A stretch of 64,000 nt of DNA, taken from assembly GCA_016182565.1 (NCBI GenBank), contig JACPGI010000004.1:40321-104320 (forward strand), read 5' to 3'. A program made the position numbers and the translations under genes. Below the pieces are notes generated by a model, which was not told where the DNA came from, did not search any database, and saw only the letters and a list, made by a program, of their open reading frames with translations. Below are positions 19,175 to 27,938 of this stretch, in pieces. The DNA is from a candidate division WWE3 bacterium. Its GTDB lineage: Bacteria > Patescibacteriota > WWE3 > UBA101185 > UBA10185. Within the stretch, counting starts at the first letter, position 1; every line of letters starts with the position of its first letter.

Positions 19175-20054
19175 TTTGATTTTCCTCTCTATCTAAATCA
19201 TCTACTTTTACACCCTCTGCTTCTTCGATAAGTTTTGTTAGAAGTCTATTTTTTGCAATTATGCTTTTAATATAAACTTTTTGTACAGGAGATTTTAATT
19301 TTTCCATCATACCTTTATCCCCTACTGCTGCAATCATCTCCTCAATCTCATTATCTGTTATTACAAGGTTTTCCTCTTTGATAAGATGCGCAAATATAAA
19401 CTCTGCTTTCAGACTTTCCTCGGCATTTTTTTTGTATTCACTACTTAGTTGTTCAACAGTTTTGTTTTGACTTTTAAGAAAATCTTCTACACTCATACCC
19501 ATTGCCTGAATTTGTTGAACCATACGGGAAAACATACGATTTATCTCTTCTTCTATCAAAAGGTCGGCAATCTCTATTTCTGTAAGATCTATAAGGATTT
19601 TGACAACCTCATCTGGGGTTAAATGTACAGCATGATCGTGCTCTTTATGTGCATCTTTAATTTCCTCAAAACGCTTTTTTAAAAGTTTTTTGTATTCTTT
19701 AATTTTTAGCTCCGGGTTTGTGGCTATTGTTGCAACAAATTCAAAGTCTTTAGTGGGTTCAAATTCTTTGATTTCTACTTTTGGATTTGAAATTGGTGCC
19801 AGGTTATTTTCTTTTACAGCTTGTGGATAAAAGACTTCGAGAAGCTTATTTACTACCTCTCCGTAAAGTTCGGATTTATTGGCTTTTTCCTCCACAAGGC
19901 TTACCGGAGCCTGACCTTTTCGAAAGCCAGCTAACTGAGCATTTTTTGCCATCTCCGCAAGGACTTTAGCATACATTTCTTTTACTTTTGCTACCGGTAC
20001 AACAACCTCTAGCTTAAATGTGGATTTTGGCTGTTTTTCTAATTTTACTTGCAT
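19164..20054 (-). CDS. tig: Trigger factor lacking the FKBP PPIase domain
   Basis: GFRKGQAP ribosome-binding motif, 296 aa, directly upstream of clpP. Confidence 0.9.
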   Translation of the reverse strand: MQVKLEKQPKSTFKLEVVVPVAKVKEMYAKVLAEMAKNAQLAGFRKGQAPVSLVEEKANKSELYGEVVNKLLEVFYPQAVKENNLAPISNPKVEIKEFEPTKDFEFVATIATNPELKIKEYKKLLKKRFEEIKDAHKEHDHAVHLTPDEVVKILIDLTEIEIADLLIEEEINRMFSRMVQQIQAMGMSVEDFLKSQNKTVEQLSSEYKKNAEESLKAEFIFAHLIKEENLVITDNEIEEMIAAVGDKGMMEKLKSPVQKVYIKSIIAKNRLLTKLIEEAEGVKVDDLDREENQNEK

Positions 20055-20124
20055 AACTGGGATATTTTAGCATAGAAGCAGAAAAATCAAGAGGTTGGGA
20101 TTTGGATTTTGTTACAATACGGGG

Positions 20125-21264
20125 GTGTCAAAGATCAAAAAAACTTTATTAGATCAAAACAAGTCTAAATCATTATCTATTAAAAATAGTGTATATAGTT
20201 TACCCTTATATATTCCCGATGCTACCCTCGGAGTTGTACGTGGGCTTGACTCCACCGATCTTACTCAAATAGGAATACAAGGAGTTGTAGTTAATACATA
20301 CCATCTTATGTCTACTCCAGGTTCGCAAGTTCTAAAAGACATGGGGGGAATAAAAAACTTTATGAACTTTAAAGGCTTGGTGGTTTCCGATTCTGGTGGT
20401 TGGCAGGTTTTTTCTTTGATTCATCGAAACAAGAATAAGGGTAAGATCACAGACGCTGGGGTAGTCTTTTCACTTGGTGGTAAAAAGGGAGAGCTTTTTA
20501 CCCCTGAAAATTCTATTCAAATGCAGTTTGAAATAGGAAGCGATATTATAATTTGCTTAGATGATTTCACAGCGCCAAATACTTCACCAGAAAAAGTATT
20601 AGAAAGTGTTGAAAGAACTACCCACTGGGCAAAAAGAAGCCGAATTGAATATGACAAACAAATTGTAGCCCGTGGTCTGACAGATATAACAAGGCCCCAT
20701 ATTTATGCTGTTATTCAAGGAGACAGAAGTGAGGTGTTAAGACAAAAAAGTGCCACCGAGCTTATTGAAATAGGTTTTGATGGTTATGGGTATGGCGGTT
20801 ATATGATTGACGCTGACGGAACACTAGACAAAAAGATGTCTAGATATATAGCCTCACTAATACCCGAAGATAAAGTTAAATTTGCACTTGGAACAGGTAC
20901 TCCTTGGGATATAGCTTACCTGTATTCTGTAGGTTGGGATATTTTCGACTGTACATTACCTACAAGGGATGCAAGGCATAAAAGACTTTACACCTTTAAG
21001 GCAGAACCTTCCTCTTTACAAGATCTGTGTGATAGAAACTTTTATGACTACATTTACATAAATAAGTCTAAATATGCTACCGATGAATCTTTTTTAAGTG
21101 CACTTTGTGATTGTCCTACTTGTAAAAATTACTCAAAAGCCTATCTTCACCATCTTTTTAAAATTGGTGACAATAGTGCCATGCGACTTGCCACCATTCA
21201 CAACTTAAGAACCTACACTAAATTAATTGAATATCTTGAAAACTTTGGACAACTTCTCGAATAA
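20125..21264 (+). CDS. tgt: tRNA-guanine transglycosylase
   Basis: NTYHL, DSGGWQVFSL, VIQG, DIFDCTLPTRDAR, CDCPTC..H zinc site. Confidence 0.92.
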   Translation: MSKIKKTLLDQNKSKSLSIKNSVYSLPLYIPDATLGVVRGLDSTDLTQIGIQGVVVNTYHLMSTPGSQVLKDMGGIKNFMNFKGLVVSDSGGWQVFSLIHRNKNKGKITDAGVVFSLGGKKGELFTPENSIQMQFEIGSDIIICLDDFTAPNTSPEKVLESVERTTHWAKRSRIEYDKQIVARGLTDITRPHIYAVIQGDRSEVLRQKSATELIEIGFDGYGYGGYMIDADGTLDKKMSRYIASLIPEDKVKFALGTGTPWDIAYLYSVGWDIFDCTLPTRDARHKRLYTFKAEPSSLQDLCDRNFYDYIYINKSKYATDESFLSALCDCPTCKNYSKAYLHHLFKIGDNSAMRLATIHNLRTYTKLIEYLENFGQLLE

Positions 21265-21311
21265 AACCATTTAACCCTCCCCCATAACCTCATTTGGTTT
21301 TTTTGCATAAG

Positions 21312-22103
21312 TTAAACTGAAAAAGTTGAGCTAATCGGTGAGAAAATCAAAGCTGATCCCCACATGAAATTGAAGTTTTTATATTTGAGTTTTCCATCGG
21401 TCATAAGTTTATTTATAGATTTTTTGTTTGGTATTTGAGATTTTGAATCAATCAATTTATACACATACCAATCCCAGAAAAGGTACCTTGAGAACAGATG
21501 CCAATCTATAGCGATTGGATGTTTGTTATCCACTGATACTAAGTTTGCAAGTATAAGTTTAAATCTACCGTTTTGTTTTTTTAGATCAAGTACTAGATCG
21601 ATGTGCCCATTATCAAAAGGTCCATAAAATTTGAGTATTGAATCAACAAAGCTTATAAATTTTTTATAGCCGAATCGATTGCCATTTTCGATCTCCTTCA
21701 CTATTTTACTTTTCATAAGTAACATATCTGAGTAAACTAGTTGGTGATAAGGTGCAATTAGTCCCCCGTTTTTTATAATCTCAAGCCATGTTTTCGGATT
21801 TTTAAGGTAATTTCCTGAAACTGAGGTAATCTTTACAAGTTTTAATTTATTTACTACAAGGTCCAAGTCTTTTGTTGGGATTACATTTTTTGTAGAATCC
21901 AGCTTTTTCAAACCTCTAATTTTTCTATTTCGGTTAATTTTAGCTAAAAGCTTCTCGGGGGTTAGTTTATATCCGTATTTGTTTTCGAACCCATAGTGAT
22001 TGACAGCGTTTGCATATGTACTGAGTTTACACATATCGGGGCTTTTTGGGAGCGCTCTTTTGAGCTTTATTTTTGTTTTTGGTGCGTAATATAGGTTTTT
22101 CAT
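21312..22103 (-). CDS. Hypothetical basic protein, possibly papain/C39-like fold
   Basis: Long ORF; DMCKL near the N-terminus and GHIDLV later give a C39-like Cys/His spacing (weak). Confidence 0.5.
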   Translation of the reverse strand: MKNLYYAPKTKIKLKRALPKSPDMCKLSTYANAVNHYGFENKYGYKLTPEKLLAKINRNRKIRGLKKLDSTKNVIPTKDLDLVVNKLKLVKITSVSGNYLKNPKTWLEIIKNGGLIAPYHQLVYSDMLLMKSKIVKEIENGNRFGYKKFISFVDSILKFYGPFDNGHIDLVLDLKKQNGRFKLILANLVSVDNKHPIAIDWHLFSRYLFWDWYVYKLIDSKSQIPNKKSINKLMTDGKLKYKNFNFMWGSALIFSPISSTFSV

Positions 22104-22293
22104 ATAGGTTATTATTTGTTGTTATTACAACGAAAAAAGGCAGTTGCGAGGGATTTTAGCAAATTAGCTACCGCTGTTCAATGACCACATATTTTAAAGA
22201 AAACCGCCTTAAAAGTCGTTCAAAAACTCAACATTTATAATCTTCAAACTGGTATAGTAATTATAGGTAAAGTTTTTTATTTTTTGTGCTTCT

Positions 22294-23379
22294 ATGTTTT
22301 TAAAACCAAAATTTATACTAGCTACTTTTTTATTTGGTGCTGTTGTTGTTCTTATTTTTAATCATACAAAAAACGATACTATGAAAGACGCGACTGTAGG
22401 TTCTCCGGAAACAAATCACCAAGAGAATAGGTATACTCAAGGTTGTGTATCTAATGCAAAACCAGTTTTTACCCATTACATTACTGATCTATCAAAAATT
22501 GAGAAAATAGCCCCTCTTGGTGGTGTCAGTGGCGGGTCTCCGGGGCGTAGTTATCTAACTATAAAAGAAGGTAAGGTGCCTATTTACGCGCCTGCGGATG
22601 CAGTACTTCAAACAATTGTTTATGCAAGAAGGGGTGGAGATAAAACCCCAGGAGAATATGGACTTTATTTTAGTTTAACCTGCGATGTCTATTTTCTAAT
22701 TGATCATATTGATGAAGTAACCGAAAAACTTCAAAAACTGGCCCCAGAATCCCCCTCTTTAAGTAGTGCTACTCAATTTGGGACAAATCCAAACATAAAA
22801 ATATCGGCTGGAGAGCTACTTGGGTTTTCTGACGGGACACCGATGGCCCATACCTTTGACTTTTTAGTTGAAGATAAAAACAACGTTGCTTTTCATATAA
22901 ATCCAAAACGTTGGACATGGGACCAGACAACCAAAGCTGTGTGCCCATATAATTATTATGACAAAGATAAGAAGACGACCTATCTACAACTCATTCGAGA
23001 GAAGGGTAGTAACAATACAGACTACATATATAGCGACTGCGGGAGTCCATCTCAAGATGTAGCTGGTACAGTATTGGGTGGGTGGTTCCAAGGCGATTCT
23101 ACTAATACCAAAGGTAATTGGCTTGCTATTGGAAAAATGTTTAATTGGGTTGAGGTTACGATTCGTAGAGATTTAAACTTCAGTTTTTCTTTGAAAGAAT
23201 ATGACACAAAAATAACTCCCGACATGTTAAAGGTCGGTCAAGAGACATGTTATCAGGGGTATGGAAATAATTGGATTTGGTTAAGGCTTGTAACTGACAA
23301 TAAACTTGAGTCGGTAATTGGTACTGGGATGTGCCCAGCAGAATTTCCTAATGTTGGAGTTGAATATTGGGAGAGGTGA
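22294..23379 (+). CDS. Secreted/anchored Cys-containing protein with M23-like segment
   Basis: N-terminal TM; PIYAPADAV and ISAGELLG resemble M23 strands, but the Zn-ligand motifs are not evident. Confidence 0.6.
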   Translation: MFLKPKFILATFLFGAVVVLIFNHTKNDTMKDATVGSPETNHQENRYTQGCVSNAKPVFTHYITDLSKIEKIAPLGGVSGGSPGRSYLTIKEGKVPIYAPADAVLQTIVYARRGGDKTPGEYGLYFSLTCDVYFLIDHIDEVTEKLQKLAPESPSLSSATQFGTNPNIKISAGELLGFSDGTPMAHTFDFLVEDKNNVAFHINPKRWTWDQTTKAVCPYNYYDKDKKTTYLQLIREKGSNNTDYIYSDCGSPSQDVAGTVLGGWFQGDSTNTKGNWLAIGKMFNWVEVTIRRDLNFSFSLKEYDTKITPDMLKVGQETCYQGYGNNWIWLRLVTDNKLESVIGTGMCPAEFPNVGVEYWER

Positions 23380-23423
23380 GGGTGTTTAGGATTCGTTGAA
23401 CTATTAGAGTGTTATATAGTGTT

Positions 23424-23798
23424 TTAATTTAGGCTAAAATTGCTTTCAAGTTTTGTAATTCGATTTTCATGTTTGTCTAGCCTGTTGTTGATAAACATTC
23501 TTTCTTCTCTGTATGATAAAAGTTCGGTAACAACTTTATCCACCATATCATATAGTTTTGGAATGTATGAAACTTTTTCTTTGATATCAGCAATATCAAT
23601 TTCAAGTTTGAATACCCGCCTGCTTAAATCAATAAATCCATTTCCCAAAGTATTTAATTTAGATTCTACTGTATTTAATCTGGATTCGACTGTAGTTAAT
23701 CTAGACTCTACCATACCCAGCTTAGTTTCAACTGAATTCTGTCTGTTTTCTAAAGAATCTAAGCTGTTAAAGATAAGTTTTTCTGTTGCACTTTTCAT
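23424..23798 (-). CDS. Coiled-coil heptad-repeat protein
   Basis: VETKLGM-VESRLTT-VESRLNT-VESKLNT repeats; start moved out of the tRNA. Confidence 0.7.
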   Translation of the reverse strand: MKSATEKLIFNSLDSLENRQNSVETKLGMVESRLTTVESRLNTVESKLNTLGNGFIDLSRRVFKLEIDIADIKEKVSYIPKLYDMVDKVVTELLSYREERMFINNRLDKHENRITKLESNFSLN

Positions 23799-23878
23799 GG
23801 ATAAAACCAAACTAACATAGCGGAATTTCAGTTGCAATATGACAATGTATGAGATTCTATCAGTGATAGAGCTTTGTT

Positions 23879-23962
23879 TGGTGGGCGAGGGGGGACTCGA
23901 ACCCCCAACCGTAAAGGACACGGTTCTAAGCCGTGCGCGTATACCAGTTCCGCCACTCGCCC
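23879..23962 (-). tRNA. tRNA-Leu(TAG)
   Basis: GGGCGAG/CTCGCCC, CACGG-CT-TAG-AA-CCGTG, variable arm, CCA. Confidence 0.97.
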
Positions 23963-24034
23963 GTATGTAAACATCAAAATTTTACCATGAAGTGGGGTTT
24001 TGCTGGAAAGTTTAACCTGTTTTTTTGAAATGGT

Positions 24035-24565
24035 TTAAATCTTATCTGCACTACTGTCGATCTCATTTGAGAACCACTGGACTCCCCTAGCCCAATTTTT
24101 ACTGTTTGGTGGGGTATAAATAGGTGCAATCTCAACAATTGTATCAAAACCCTTTGAGATATAGTTTTTATGAATCCCTTTCCCAACAATTTCTATGGCA
24201 TGATCGTAGGAATCAAATGCAATATAACTATTTCCATATATTCCCCAGCCAAAAGGGTTGTAAGTTCCCTCAATCAATGCCTTACCGCAAGTAGATTCCA
24301 TACATGCGATGGCGGGGAGCAGTTTATAATCTATTCCGTATTTATCAGCAACTTCAACAAATGTTTTAGCATTACCCTTAAGTGGTGAGTGGTACTTGGT
24401 TAAAAATTTTTCTAACGCTTCTACCCTATCCACTCTTTTATAGCCTATTTCGTATTGCATGTTTTTAGTTGTAGTTTTTTGAAGTTCTATTGGTTTAAAA
24501 CCTACTAATATTACTAGAGTTATTGGCACAAATATTGAGTTAAATACCTTTAATGCTTTTGGCAT
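24035..24565 (-). CDS. Secreted lysozyme-like/glucosaminidase-domain protein
   Basis: LLPAIACMESTCGK, NPFGWG, IYTPP..W; N-terminal anchor. Confidence 0.75.
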   Translation of the reverse strand: MPKALKVFNSIFVPITLVILVGFKPIELQKTTTKNMQYEIGYKRVDRVEALEKFLTKYHSPLKGNAKTFVEVADKYGIDYKLLPAIACMESTCGKALIEGTYNPFGWGIYGNSYIAFDSYDHAIEIVGKGIHKNYISKGFDTIVEIAPIYTPPNSKNWARGVQWFSNEIDSSADKI

Positions 24566-24576
24566 AATTTTTTAAA

Positions 24577-24785
24577 TCCAAAGTATCCTACCAATTTTTA
24601 ATACACTCGAAGGCACAAACTAAAAGAAGTATCCTTTTGGCGTTAGCTTTGTTATTAAGCTTAAAAATTGGGAAGTATTTGGAGTTGTAAAGTGTGCTAT
24701 ATGACTATATATGGTTGTTGTAACAACCAAAACACCTATAATCAAACTGCCTGTGAATTATACAGGTTATGACAAAGTGGTGCAA
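24577..24785 (-). promoter_or_regulatory. Sigma70 promoter plus ~185-nt structured 5' leader
   Basis: TTGCAC(24780-24785)-N17-TATAAT(24757-24762); helices 24702-09/24737-44, 24712-18/24723-29, 24591-601/24661-71, 24615-23/24643-52. Confidence 0.55.
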
Positions 24786-24818
24786 ATGCGCCACATCAAG
24801 CTACTTGGTTATTTTTAG

Positions 24819-25436
24819 TTAGTTCTCTGGGGATTCAAATTCGTGTATCTCTTCACCGAAAAATCCAACACCCTTACACCAGCTACCCTTTGAAGGCGGG
24901 GTATATATTTTCATGATTTCACAAAGGTCAGTAATTCCTTTAGAAAAGAATTTCTCATCCATATACTGTGAAACCACACTGATACCATGCTCCCAACTGT
25001 CAAATGTTTTAACTTGGTCACCATATACTGCCCACCCCCAAGCGTTATAAGAAGAATTGTCATCAACGTAAGGAACTTTTTTGCCGCAACTTGATTCTTG
25101 AAAAGCAATCGACGCAACAACCCAATATGGGATGTTATTTTTGTCTGCTTCTCTTACAAATACTTCCCCAAGTCCAGCCATAGGACAATTATATTTTTTG
25201 AAAATTTCATCTATCTTTATTGCTCTTGGATCTCCATTTTCTGTAGTGCTTGTCATGATCCCAAGCACCAAAGGTTTACTTGAAAAAATTGAATATTTAT
25301 ATTGGGATCCCTGTTTGCCAAAACTTACAAGAACTAATGTCACAAAAAAAATCAAAACCAAAGAAAAGGAACAGAGCCAGGCTATGGGTAGTACAAAAAG
25401 TAGTGATAATTTTTTATTTGTGTTAGTCAAATACAT
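24819..25436 (-). CDS. Secreted lysozyme-like/glucosaminidase-domain protein (paralog of 24035-24565)
   Basis: ASIAFQESSCGK, NAWGW, IYTPP..W; N-terminal TM. Confidence 0.75.
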   Translation of the reverse strand: MYLTNTNKKLSLLFVLPIAWLCSFSLVLIFFVTLVLVSFGKQGSQYKYSIFSSKPLVLGIMTSTTENGDPRAIKIDEIFKKYNCPMAGLGEVFVREADKNNIPYWVVASIAFQESSCGKKVPYVDDNSSYNAWGWAVYGDQVKTFDSWEHGISVVSQYMDEKFFSKGITDLCEIMKIYTPPSKGSWCKGVGFFGEEIHEFESPEN

Positions 25437-25460
25437 TTGAGTATTTAGAGCGACAACTAT

Positions 25461-25826
25461 TTAATTTAGATACTTTTCTATAGTTTTTATCATATCTTCA
25501 AATGAAATTTTTGTCTTTTGCGCGCATCCTATCGCCCCAAGTTTAGCCGCTCTTATGTAATCATCCTCGTTTCCTAGAATACTTAAAACAAAAACTGGTA
25601 TATCTTCTGTCTCAACATCTTTTTTTAAAAGTTCCAATACTTTATAGCCATCCATTTTTGGCATAATAAGATCAAGAATTATAAAGTCAGGTTTAAAAAG
25701 CTTGGCTGTATTTAAAGCATTTTCCGAATCTTCCACCATTTCTGTAATATACCCGCGAGCTTCTAGTTTTGATTTATATACACGTATTAAAAATTTGTCG
25801 TCATCGACTAGTAATATTCTTTTCAT
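25461..25826 (-). CDS. Single-domain response regulator (receiver)
   Basis: ILLVDDD, PDFIILDLIMPKMDG, conserved Ser and Lys. Confidence 0.92.
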   Translation of the reverse strand: MKRILLVDDDKFLIRVYKSKLEARGYITEMVEDSENALNTAKLFKPDFIILDLIMPKMDGYKVLELLKKDVETEDIPVFVLSILGNEDDYIRAAKLGAIGCAQKTKISFEDMIKTIEKYLN

Positions 25827-25827
25827 T

Positions 25828-26286
25828 TTATAGATCTATAAATGTAAAACTTGGTTTCTCTGTAGCTATTTTTTGATCTTTTATATTTAATGCCCTTAAC
25901 CAGTTTGGTTTTATTTTAAATAATATGTAATCACTTTCCGAAAAACTTAAAAGTGGAGGCCAAAATTCACCCAGAAGCTTCAAGGATTCTACAATTTCAT
26001 TAATAATCTTATTTTCCTTATCAACAAATACTGATGCAACACCATCTGCTTGTACTATCATCTGGTTTTGATTCCATACCGAAAAACTTATTTTATTATC
26101 TTCTAGTAGTGACTTTGCCTTATAACTATTTTCCCTTGTTACAAAATAGAAGTTTAAATCGTTATCAACGTAGAAAAGTACAACAGATGACAGGGGGTTA
26201 CTTTTATTTATTGTTGCTATGTTCATGATTGGAAAGCTTTTTAAAGTCATCAGTTTGTCTTCTCTGGTATCATTGGTGTTTAGCAT
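25828..26286 (-). CDS. Pyridoxamine 5'-phosphate oxidase-like FMN-binding protein
   Basis: IATI..P, YFVTRENSYKAKSL..ISFSV split-barrel pattern. Confidence 0.75.
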   Translation of the reverse strand: MLNTNDTREDKLMTLKSFPIMNIATINKSNPLSSVVLFYVDNDLNFYFVTRENSYKAKSLLEDNKISFSVWNQNQMIVQADGVASVFVDKENKIINEIVESLKLLGEFWPPLLSFSESDYILFKIKPNWLRALNIKDQKIATEKPSFTFIDL

Positions 26287-26353
26287 TGATTAATTATCTG
26301 TTTTTTTTGTTCAAAATGCAAAGATGCTAGATGGTTGATTAGTATGGGAAATT

Positions 26354-26430
26354 TGGTCGGGGTAGCAGGACTTGAACCTGCGGCCTCGCGGTCCCAAACC
26401 GCGCGCTCTAGCCAACTGAGCTATACCCCG
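26354..26430 (-). tRNA. tRNA-Pro(TGG)
   Basis: CGGGGTA/TACCCCG, CGCGG-TT-TGG-GA-CCGCG, CCA. Confidence 0.97.
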
Positions 26431-26462
26431 TTACAACAATGTAGATTCTATCATAGCCTATG

Positions 26463-27170
26463 TTAAAAGTACTTACTCATCTCAATAAGGTTTAATTCGA
26501 ATGGCTTTGATTCATACACAAACCGGGCACTATTTATAAAGTCAAAGACATGAAGCTTTATTGTGTAGGTACAATTTTCGCTTGTACTGCAAGGAATCAT
26601 GTTTGGTATGTCTTTTTTTTCAATATTTCTTGAAAATTCTGAAATGACAAATGTATGATTATCAATAAAAAATCCCCTATCAAAAAAGCAGTTTAGTTCC
26701 GGTCTACAACTTAAGATCTTTGCATCAATAATCTTATCTTCTCTTAAGCCATGATAATAAACGTCGTTTTCTGTGTATAAGCCGTTTTCTCTTAACTCAT
26801 GCCTGAAATCCAAAAACTCGAATTCGTTTGGTGAAAATCTCACTCCCCTATAGTTTTTAAATAATTCTATTTTAGTTAGATGTTCACTACTTGCAATTTC
26901 ATCCTCTACTGAGCGTATTTTTAAATTCGCCGAATTAAAGACTTCATTTTTTTCTTTTAGCTTAAATTCATCAGCCTCAAGGGTTAAACGTTTTTTATGA
27001 TTTATAATCCATTTCTGGAATTCTTTGCTATTTTCTACTTTTGAAGGAAGTTTTGAATTATCTATAGCAAACTCTTGTATATAGTTACTAATGACAACTC
27101 CGATAACACTTGCAAAGATAAGACTACAAAGAATAACAGTTTGGATTTTAGTTTTTTGCATTTTTTCCAT
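26463..27170 (-). CDS. Hypothetical membrane-anchored protein
   Basis: N-terminal TM, paired cysteines; start uncertain. Confidence 0.65.
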   Translation of the reverse strand: MEKMQKTKIQTVILCSLIFASVIGVVISNYIQEFAIDNSKLPSKVENSKEFQKWIINHKKRLTLEADEFKLKEKNEVFNSANLKIRSVEDEIASSEHLTKIELFKNYRGVRFSPNEFEFLDFRHELRENGLYTENDVYYHGLREDKIIDAKILSCRPELNCFFDRGFFIDNHTFVISEFSRNIEKKDIPNMIPCSTSENCTYTIKLHVFDFINSARFVYESKPFELNLIEMSKYF

Positions 27171-27234
27171 GTTTTTTAGTATTTGCACATTGTAAGTATA
27201 CCAACCTGCCATAATTTTGCGCTATACTAGATGG

Positions 27235-27696
27235 GTGGAAACTATAATCAAAATAATACGGGGTTCACAGGAAAACTTTGAAGATATTCATAAATTAACA
27301 CTTGGATTTACAGCCTTTAATGTTGAAAAATCAGGCAAGCCTGAGGAGTTTTATTACAAGGGCTGGAAGGAAGGTTTTGGGGAGGAAATTAACGATTCTT
27401 TGGATGATAGGGATTCTTATTTTTTTGTAGCATATGTGGATGGTGTTGCCGCCGGTTATATACTGTGTAGATACTGTGAAAATTGTTATAAATTTGAGAT
27501 AGATGAGCTCTACGTCGATCAAAGTTTTCGTCAGCATGGGCTTGGTAAAAGACTTCTAGACTCGGCACTAGAAATAGGTAGGAAATATAATGTTCCTATA
27601 ACTTTGGAAGTTTTTGAATGGAATAAGGATGCTGAAAGCTTTTATATCAAAAATGGGTTTAAATCTGATGGTAGAGTCTTAAAGCTTAGTGAGTAA
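27235..27696 (+). CDS. GNAT N-acetyltransferase
   Basis: LYVDQSFRQHGLGKRLL, N..A..FY..NGF. Confidence 0.9.
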   Translation: METIIKIIRGSQENFEDIHKLTLGFTAFNVEKSGKPEEFYYKGWKEGFGEEINDSLDDRDSYFFVAYVDGVAAGYILCRYCENCYKFEIDELYVDQSFRQHGLGKRLLDSALEIGRKYNVPITLEVFEWNKDAESFYIKNGFKSDGRVLKLSE

Positions 27697-27703
27697 TAAA
27701 CTA

Positions 27704-27934
27704 CTAATTTTGTCCTTCTGGCTTAATATTTCGCTTCCAAATAAGATATCCAAGTGGTAAAAGTCCAAGTGAGTTTACTATCAAAATAGCAACAAACCAA
27801 TTTTTCTCATTTAACCTGGCAGACTTCCATAATGCAAACCCACGTAAAATAAGATCAATAAAAACCAAAGAATAAAAAACAACTTTATTGCCAAATAAAA
27901 GATCTATTGAGTTTTGTACATCTATAAAAGACAT
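27704..27934 (-). CDS. Small membrane protein (DUF5652-like)
   Basis: RGFALWKSARLNEKNWFV..NSLGLLPLGY. Confidence 0.75.
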   Translation of the reverse strand: MSFIDVQNSIDLLFGNKVVFYSLVFIDLILRGFALWKSARLNEKNWFVAILIVNSLGLLPLGYLIWKRNIKPEGQN

Positions 27935-27938
27935 AAAT

